Shown one piece after another: positions 57,939-64,000 of a DNA stretch of 64,000 nucleotides (the first letter of the stretch is position 1; every line of letters starts with the position of its first letter). Source of the stretch: an uncultured bacterium (GTDB lineage: Bacteria > Bacteroidota > Rhodothermia > Balneolales > DATFMH01). The position numbers were made by a program, and so were the translations under genes. The stretch lies in contig CAWANF010000001.1 in the NCBI GenBank assembly GCA_963783355.1, positions 520,728-584,727 of the forward strand, read 5' to 3'. The notes beneath the pieces are model-generated. The model searched no databases and was not told the origin of the DNA. It was given only the letters and a program-made list of their open reading frames with translations.

Positions 57939-60065
57939 ATGAATGTTTATGAACCTTCCAAAATCAGAAATGTCGTTTTACTAGGCCACTCCGGTTCCGG
58001 AAAAACCACACTTACCGAAACCATGCTTTTTGAATCCGGAACTGTCAACCGGCGTGGGTCAATCGATCAAAAAAACACGGTATCCGACTACCATGAAATC
58101 GAACATGATAAGCTGAAATCCGTTTTTTCAACTTTTATGCATCTCGACTGGCGCGGGCATAAAATAAATCTGATCGATACCCCGGGGACCAACGATTATA
58201 TTGGGGAAGTTGTTGGAGCACTGAGTATTGCGGATACTGCTATATATGTTCTTGATGCCGAGCATGGGGTGGAAGTTGGAACTGAGATGTTATGGGATCA
58301 TGCCAAAGATTATTCAATACCGTCTATATTTGTTGTTAATAAACTGGAACATTCCAATTCTAATTTTCAGAAATGCGTTGACCTGGCCAAAGAGCGTTTC
58401 GGTCGCGAAGTGGTGGTTGTTCAATATCCCTATGAAGAAGGCAATGATTTTAATACTATTATCGATGTTTTGAAAATGACCATGTATGAGTTTCCTGAAG
58501 GCGGGGGGAAACCTCAGAAATTACCAATTCCGGATTCTCAAAAAGCCCAGGCCGAGTTGCTTCACAATGAATTAGTTGAAACGATCGCTGAGAACGACGA
58601 ATTGCTGATGGATCTGTATTTTGAAAAGGGAGAACTGGACGAGGATGAAATGCGTGATGGCTTGCAGAAAGCGATGATCAATCACCAGATTTTCCCCCTG
58701 TTTTGTGTATCGGCTGAACGAAATATGGGCACCGGGCGGATCATGGGATTTTTAGATAATGTAGCTCCTTCACCTTTAAATGTTCCCGGGCCTAAATTGA
58801 CAAATGGTGAAAATTTAGTATTGGATCCTGAAGGGAATACGGTGGCATTTTTATTCAAAACACAGTCGGAACAGCATGTTGGCGATTTGATGTATTTCAA
58901 GGTCTTCGGAGGTTCCATCAAAACCGGGATGGATTTAATAAATCACACTAATGGAACAACCAACCGCATAGGATCTATCAGTATTTCCCAGGGAAATAAA
59001 CATATTGATGTTCCTGAAGCAAAAACGGGTGATATCGCGGCAGTCGTGAAACTCAAAGATTGTAGTATCAACGATACGTTGCATGATAAAGGGCACGAGG
59101 TAGAACTAGCTGCTGTTAAATATCCGGAACCGGTTATTCAGTATTCCATTAAGGCAAAAAGTGAAAGTGACGAAGAGAAAATGGCCCAGGCCCTGCACCA
59201 GCTTGAAAGGGAAGATCCGTCGTTGCATATAACGCATAGTAAAGAATTAAAACAAACATTGATTGGCGGACAAGGTGAAGAGCAATTGGCGGTGGTTAAA
59301 TACAGCCTGGAACATCGTTTTAAAACAGATGTAGAGTTTGAACAGCCTAAAATTCCATATCGCGAGACTATTACTAAGCCAGTGCGTGCCAGTTATAAAC
59401 ATAAAAAGCAGTCGGGTGGTGCCGGGCAGTATGGCGAAGTTTACATGCTGGTTGAACCGTACACCGAAGGTATGCCAGCCCCGGGCGATATTTCGGTCAG
59501 AGATGTTAATGAAATTGAACTGGAATGGGGTGGAAAACTGGTATTCCAGAACTGTATTGTTGGTGGTGTCATCGATGCCCGTTTTTTACCGGCCATTTTG
59601 AAAGGTATTATGGATAAGATGGAAAATGGTCCGTTGACCGGTTGCCGTGCGCGGGATATCCGGGTTTCTGTTTATGACGGTTCAATGCACCCGGTTGATT
59701 CGAATGAAGCGGCTTTCAAAACAGCCGGATTGATGGCCTTCAAGAAAGCGTTCCTGGATGCCAATCCTCAGTTACTGGAACCGGTATATGAAGTGGAAAT
59801 CATAGTTCCCGCAGAGTATATGGGTGATGTGATGAACGATTTATCAACCCGCCGCGGGCAGATTTTAGGTATGGATGCCGAGGGAGCAATTCAAAAAGTG
59901 AAAGCGATTGTACCGCTGGCGGAATTGTATCGGTATTCTACTCATCTGAAATCGATGACGCAGGGAAGAGGCAATCACCGACGTAAATTTTCACATTACG
60001 CTTCGGTACCGAGAGACGTGCAGGATAAAGTTATTAAGGAAAATGCGGAGGTTGAAGAGGTTTAG
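57939..60065 (+). CDS. Elongation factor G paralog (EF-G-like translational GTPase)
   Basis: 708 aa with G1 GHSGSGKTTL, G3 DTPG and G4 NKLE. Domains IV/V are conserved (SYKHKKQSGGAGQYG). It is stand-alone rather than in a str operon. TAAGGAG lies 8 nt upstream of the ATG. Confidence 0.85.
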   Translation: MNVYEPSKIRNVVLLGHSGSGKTTLTETMLFESGTVNRRGSIDQKNTVSDYHEIEHDKLKSVFSTFMHLDWRGHKINLIDTPGTNDYIGEVVGALSIADTAIYVLDAEHGVEVGTEMLWDHAKDYSIPSIFVVNKLEHSNSNFQKCVDLAKERFGREVVVVQYPYEEGNDFNTIIDVLKMTMYEFPEGGGKPQKLPIPDSQKAQAELLHNELVETIAENDELLMDLYFEKGELDEDEMRDGLQKAMINHQIFPLFCVSAERNMGTGRIMGFLDNVAPSPLNVPGPKLTNGENLVLDPEGNTVAFLFKTQSEQHVGDLMYFKVFGGSIKTGMDLINHTNGTTNRIGSISISQGNKHIDVPEAKTGDIAAVVKLKDCSINDTLHDKGHEVELAAVKYPEPVIQYSIKAKSESDEEKMAQALHQLEREDPSLHITHSKELKQTLIGGQGEEQLAVVKYSLEHRFKTDVEFEQPKIPYRETITKPVRASYKHKKQSGGAGQYGEVYMLVEPYTEGMPAPGDISVRDVNEIELEWGGKLVFQNCIVGGVIDARFLPAILKGIMDKMENGPLTGCRARDIRVSVYDGSMHPVDSNEAAFKTAGLMAFKKAFLDANPQLLEPVYEVEIIVPAEYMGDVMNDLSTRRGQILGMDAEGAIQKVKAIVPLAELYRYSTHLKSMTQGRGNHRRKFSHYASVPRDVQDKVIKENAEVEEV

Positions 60066-61536
60066 TCTCGACAGAATCCTGAATGGTTTTTAAGTACGAT
60101 TTATATCGATAAGGCAGAGGAAATGGCCTGTTGTCCGGGACGGCAGGCAGCCTCGCCTTTAAATCATCAACGGGTTTATCCGGTCGCAATTTAGGGTCCC
60201 ACGCAAACCCTTTGAGACGTTTGGAGGCCAATTTTTTGGATTCTTCCAGAAAATTCCCATCAACATTTTTGAGTGCTTTGAGCCTTTTGACATTTCCCTT
60301 GTTAAAAAATATTTCAATAGAATCGGCTGTCATCTGAATGGCACCATCCGGCTTGTTTTCGCTATTTTTTGAAAAGTACAATACTTGCCCCTTGGGGTAA
60401 ACCAGCATCGAAGAGATGTCGCCGTGATCGAATTTTGCATGAATGGAATCACCGGTAATCTGGTTTAGTCGTTTTGTAACCGAATCTTCAGCAACAATAA
60501 ATGGATTAGGGTACGAAGTCAGGGATCGAACGGTATCCTTGTACAATTTTATGAAGATCTTCGGACCGGTTAGTTGAAGCCTTTTATACCATGCCTTCGC
60601 ATTGGATATTAATGTAAAGGTGCTTGTGGAATCCCGGTAAATGGAAGTATCGGAAATGGAAGAAAACTTGCTTGACCAGATGTGCACATCGCCGGTAGCA
60701 TTAAATACATAGGTCGAATCATGTTCCCAGTATTTGATGTCTTTCGACCATACAAAGCTCGTGTCTTTCTTGTTTTTATTGATTTTTTCCATGTAAGAAT
60801 GGCCTTTCAGCCTGCGATATCCCGTAGAATCGGCCATTATAAAATCGCCGGCCAGCTTAACATGATTTTTGGTATCGCTGATAAAAACCCGACCGTGTAA
60901 TTCATAATATTTTGATGCCCGGTTGGTAAAAAGACTGTCGGCCTCGGCATACTGGGATGAATCGGCCACCTGGACGTCACCCCGGAAAATAGCACTGTCT
61001 TTCTTGTTAAAATAGATTCCGCTTAAAGCCAGCAGTGTCCCTTTTTTATCCTCAAGCCGGATTTTATGCGGAAACTGTGCAATATCATTTTTAAAAGAAT
61101 AGATAGCACTTGAGCTGAAAAGTGTCGCTTTTTTATTGTGTATGATTACCCGCCCTTTAAATCTGCTGATGTCTGCACCAGTGTTGTATGTTGCTGAATC
61201 GGCCCATATTTTTTCTTTTTTAGTGATGATTTCAATATTTCCAAAGGCTCTCAGTTGATCACTATCCAGGTATTGATAAGCACTGTCGCAATAAATTGTC
61301 AGGTCGTTATGTCTCAATTCAACATCCCCGAGTAATTTTCTTACGTTATGGCCATTGACAACACCGCCTATTAGCTTATTGGTTTTCAGAATATCAATTT
61401 TCTTTGGTTTCTTTTGGGCAATTACAGGTACCGGCATGGATGATAAGAACAGGACAAGTGTTAAGAATAAAACCAAAAGGAATGAAGAATACCATTTGTT
61501 ATTAACCGCAGATATCAATGCCCGTTTGTTCATCAT
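60034..61536 (-). CDS. OstA/LptA-like domain protein (LPS transport-related periplasmic protein)
   Basis: 500 aa with an N-terminal anchor/signal. Repeated OstA-like beta-jellyroll segments are present (GNIEIITKKEKIWADSATYN..., RGDVQVADSSQYAEADSLF...). It has a 4-nt overlap with the upstream lptC-like gene. Confidence 0.6.
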   Translation of the reverse strand: MMNKRALISAVNNKWYSSFLLVLFLTLVLFLSSMPVPVIAQKKPKKIDILKTNKLIGGVVNGHNVRKLLGDVELRHNDLTIYCDSAYQYLDSDQLRAFGNIEIITKKEKIWADSATYNTGADISRFKGRVIIHNKKATLFSSSAIYSFKNDIAQFPHKIRLEDKKGTLLALSGIYFNKKDSAIFRGDVQVADSSQYAEADSLFTNRASKYYELHGRVFISDTKNHVKLAGDFIMADSTGYRRLKGHSYMEKINKNKKDTSFVWSKDIKYWEHDSTYVFNATGDVHIWSSKFSSISDTSIYRDSTSTFTLISNAKAWYKRLQLTGPKIFIKLYKDTVRSLTSYPNPFIVAEDSVTKRLNQITGDSIHAKFDHGDISSMLVYPKGQVLYFSKNSENKPDGAIQMTADSIEIFFNKGNVKRLKALKNVDGNFLEESKKLASKRLKGFAWDPKLRPDKPVDDLKARLPAVPDNRPFPLPYRYKSYLKTIQDSVETKPLQPPHFP

Positions 61537-62078
61537 TTTATGGAAACCCGGCCGGTAACTTTTTTTATGGTGTAGGTACTGAGGTCTTCCTTGCCTTTCA
61601 AACCATATCCGGCGATACTATCGGTTGGAGTGGTTATGGTGACATAAGAAGGCGTACTTATATCCTTTGTTTGCTGCAGCCACTTCAGAAATTCACTTCT
61701 CAGGGTTTTATTTTTGTTCGTTCGGATTACCACATCTCCGGAAAAATCGAATTCAGAATTTTTGCTAAGATAAACTGCTTTATTACATTGAACGGTCGTT
61801 CGGACGTGTCCTGTCGAATCTTTGATTGAAATATGAACCGGTCCTTTGAAATGGGTTTCCGTATCGTTTTTCTTGCTATAGGTTTCGGCATACGGGGAAG
61901 TCAATAAAACCAAATCCTGTCCACCCTGAATAAGATTCATATTGACATTCCAGCTTTCAGTTTTAGAAGTCAGCGTATCGGTCAAGGCTTTATTTACCCT
62001 TTTTTTATCGTATTCAGATAAATCAGTACAGGCGCTTCCCAGGATAAGAAGTATCAATATGATGGTGATATTTCTCAT
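61533..62078 (-). CDS. lptC: LptC-like LPS export protein (lipoprotein form)
   Basis: 181 aa. The lipobox is ILLILGSAC. Its size and its position directly upstream of an OstA-like gene fit LptC. Confidence 0.55.
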   Translation of the reverse strand: MRNITIILILLILGSACTDLSEYDKKRVNKALTDTLTSKTESWNVNMNLIQGGQDLVLLTSPYAETYSKKNDTETHFKGPVHISIKDSTGHVRTTVQCNKAVYLSKNSEFDFSGDVVIRTNKNKTLRSEFLKWLQQTKDISTPSYVTITTPTDSIAGYGLKGKEDLSTYTIKKVTGRVSIK

Positions 62079-62084
62079 AATATG

Positions 62085-62720
62085 CTATGTCGTTCCAAAG
62101 AAGCGATCACCGGCATCCCCGAGCCCGGGGACGATATAGGCATCATCATTCAATCGTTCATCAATGGCGGCCGTGATGATACGTACATCAGGATGTTCTT
62201 TTTGGAGGCGTTCAATACCTTCGGGTGCTGAAATGAGGCACATAAAACGAATATTTTTAGCACCATGACGTTTCAATATATCCAAAGCGGCTATTGCGCT
62301 TCCGGCTGTTGCCAGCATGGGATCAACGACAATAACTTCAGCTTTGTCCACTCCATTCGGCATTTTGTAATAATATTCTACCGGGTTTTTAGTGGTTTCA
62401 TCACGATAGAGGCCCAAATGTCCCACCTTTGCCTCTGGAATAAACGTAATGATGGAATCAACCAGGCCAAGTCCGGCACGTAAAATAGGGACAACAATAA
62501 GTTCTGTATCCAGTACATAGCCTTCCGTTTTTTGAATAGGTGTAGAGACATCCACCTTTTTCAGGGGTAAATCTTCGAGAGCATAATAAGCCAGGATTGT
62601 AGAAATTCGGCCTAAAACCTGGCGAAAAGTAGAAGAAGGCGTATCCTTGTCCCGTAAAATAGTCAAATCCCGCTCAGTCAGCGGATGTTTAATCAATGTA
62701 ACATTTTTGAAATTACTCAT
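62085..62720 (-). CDS. upp: Uracil phosphoribosyltransferase
   Basis: 211 aa with the PRPP-binding motif VIVVDPMLATAGSA and a C-terminal YIVPGLGDAGDRFFGT. Confidence 0.93.
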   Translation of the reverse strand: MSNFKNVTLIKHPLTERDLTILRDKDTPSSTFRQVLGRISTILAYYALEDLPLKKVDVSTPIQKTEGYVLDTELIVVPILRAGLGLVDSIITFIPEAKVGHLGLYRDETTKNPVEYYYKMPNGVDKAEVIVVDPMLATAGSAIAALDILKRHGAKNIRFMCLISAPEGIERLQKEHPDVRIITAAIDERLNDDAYIVPGLGDAGDRFFGTT

Positions 62721-64000
62721 TAGATCGTAAATGAGGTCTGGAGAAATATTCTTTGGTCACTTTATATACGACTCCTGAGAGTGCAAATAAAGCAATAATA
62801 TTTGGCAATGCCATCAAACCTAATGTAATGTCACCGATATTCCAAACGGTTGTAAGGGCAAGTATGGCACCAATAAAATTCATAACTACATAAAAACCTT
62901 TATAGTATTTGATCGAACGATCTCCAAGTAAATATTGAATCGCCCGGTCACCATAATAGCTCCAGCTAATAGCTGTTGATATTCCGAATAAAAATACACA
63001 AAGTGTAACAATGTAGCGACCTCCTGAAAAAAGATGTGACAAGCCCTGTTCAAATGCCAACGAAGTCAGGGGAGCCCCGGTTTGAATGGCATTCCCATAA
63101 AGAGTTGCATAAACTTTTTCATTATCCCCTTTAACGAGGCGATTATTCCTGGTAATTAATACTGTACCGTTGAAGGGCTTGCTTTGAGCAGCATCGGTAT
63201 ATAAGGTATCGACTCCGTAATCATTGCGATATAGTTTTCCGTCCTGAACTATCCCATTGACTACCGAAAGAGCACTGGCCTGTTGTTGTTCACTGGTATT
63301 AGAATACATCATTGAAGTATCGGCCGAATTGATTGGAATAATAGATGGCTGTTTAACCTGCCAAACATTGGTAATAATAATGACCAGCCCGGTCATCGTA
63401 CAAATTACAAGTGTATCAATAAAGGGTTCGAGGAGGGCAACGACTCCTTCACGGACCGGTTCATCGGTTTTCGCAGCAGCGTGTGCAATTGGAGCAGAGC
63501 CTTGTCCGGCTTCATTGGAGAATAATCCGCGTTTGATACCCCAGACCATGGTTGTCATAAAAACACCGGAACCAACGCCAAATGCCCCGGCCTTAGGTGA
63601 AAAGGCAGAACTGACAATAAGATGCAGGGTTGGGAGTATTTGATGGTAGTTGGAAATCAGGATTAACAAAGCTCCAGTAACATAAATGAAAGCCATCAAT
63701 GGAGCGAGGCGGGCAGTCACGTTGCCGATTCGTTTAATGCCACCAAGAATAACAAAAGCCACGAGGGAAGCCGTAAATATGCCGGTGATATAGGTTGGAA
63801 TAGCAAAAGTACTGCGCAGGCTGTCCGCAACCGTATTAGCCTGAACCGCGTTACCGGTCAAAAAAGAACAAATAACAGCACTGATTGCAAAAACAATGGC
63901 CAGCCATTTCCAATTCGGGCCCAGTCCTTTTTCAATGTAATACATCGGTCCGCCGGATACCGAACCATCCTGGTTTTTATTACGGTACAAGACGGCCAGT
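62713..64000 (-). CDS. Alanine/glycine:cation symporter (AGCS) family transporter (partial; N-terminus beyond the window end)
   Basis: AGCS motifs are GGPMYYIEKGLG, FSNEAGQGSAPIAHAAAKT and SWSYYGDRA. The frame is open to the window edge (…LAVLYRNKNQ…), so the true start is outside the window. Confidence 0.85.
   Translation of the reverse strand, partial: LAVLYRNKNQDGSVSGGPMYYIEKGLGPNWKWLAIVFAISAVICSFLTGNAVQANTVADSLRSTFAIPTYITGIFTASLVAFVILGGIKRIGNVTARLAPLMAFIYVTGALLILISNYHQILPTLHLIVSSAFSPKAGAFGVGSGVFMTTMVWGIKRGLFSNEAGQGSAPIAHAAAKTDEPVREGVVALLEPFIDTLVICTMTGLVIIITNVWQVKQPSIIPINSADTSMMYSNTSEQQQASALSVVNGIVQDGKLYRNDYGVDTLYTDAAQSKPFNGTVLITRNNRLVKGDNEKVYATLYGNAIQTGAPLTSLAFEQGLSHLFSGGRYIVTLCVFLFGISTAISWSYYGDRAIQYLLGDRSIKYYKGFYVVMNFIGAILALTTVWNIGDITLGLMALPNIIALFALSGVVYKVTKEYFSRPHLRSNE

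Overview
The window is a 64-kb chromosomal segment from an FCB-group (Bacteroidota/Ignavibacteriota-like) bacterium. This placement rests on SusC/SusD pairs, a T9SS C-terminal sorting domain (NYPNPFNPTT...), a Bacteroidetes-type histone H1-like mini-protein, and mostly A/T-ending codons. All product calls come from motif recognition only, because no similarity searches could be run. Most of the window is ordinary, tightly packed housekeeping DNA. It holds two tandem SusC/SusD pairs, GH3-family and BNR genes, citrate synthase, and a maf-TPR-secreted protein-mazG operon. It also holds a DAACS transporter, a secreted T9SS nuclease, and a putative cell-wall/amino-sugar turnover operon (penicillin-acylase family, BadF-type kinase, GH3/beta-lactamase fusion, tandem cytidine deaminase). 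Further along are lysA, a run of oxidoreductases, tex, a NatAB-like ABC pair, glgA-glgC, ansA, an EF-G paralog, OstA-like/lptC, upp and an alanine:cation symporter. I found no rRNA, tRNA, CRISPR array, transposase, integrase, reverse transcriptase or recognisable defence system, and I cannot demonstrate a clearly novel multi-gene system. The most unusual stretch is 41.6-45.2 kb. It is a visibly GC-richer insert with an intact OM beta-barrel gene and a heavily frameshifted lipoprotein gene, bracketed by clusters of short palindromic REP-like repeats. All frame disruptions in the window fall in three outer-membrane/surface protein genes (both SusC genes and the island lipoprotein), and several sit at short homopolymers. 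Lesser oddities are an M1-peptidase homolog lacking its zinc motifs, a tandem cytidine deaminase with a degenerate N-domain, and two terminators sharing a palindromic core.
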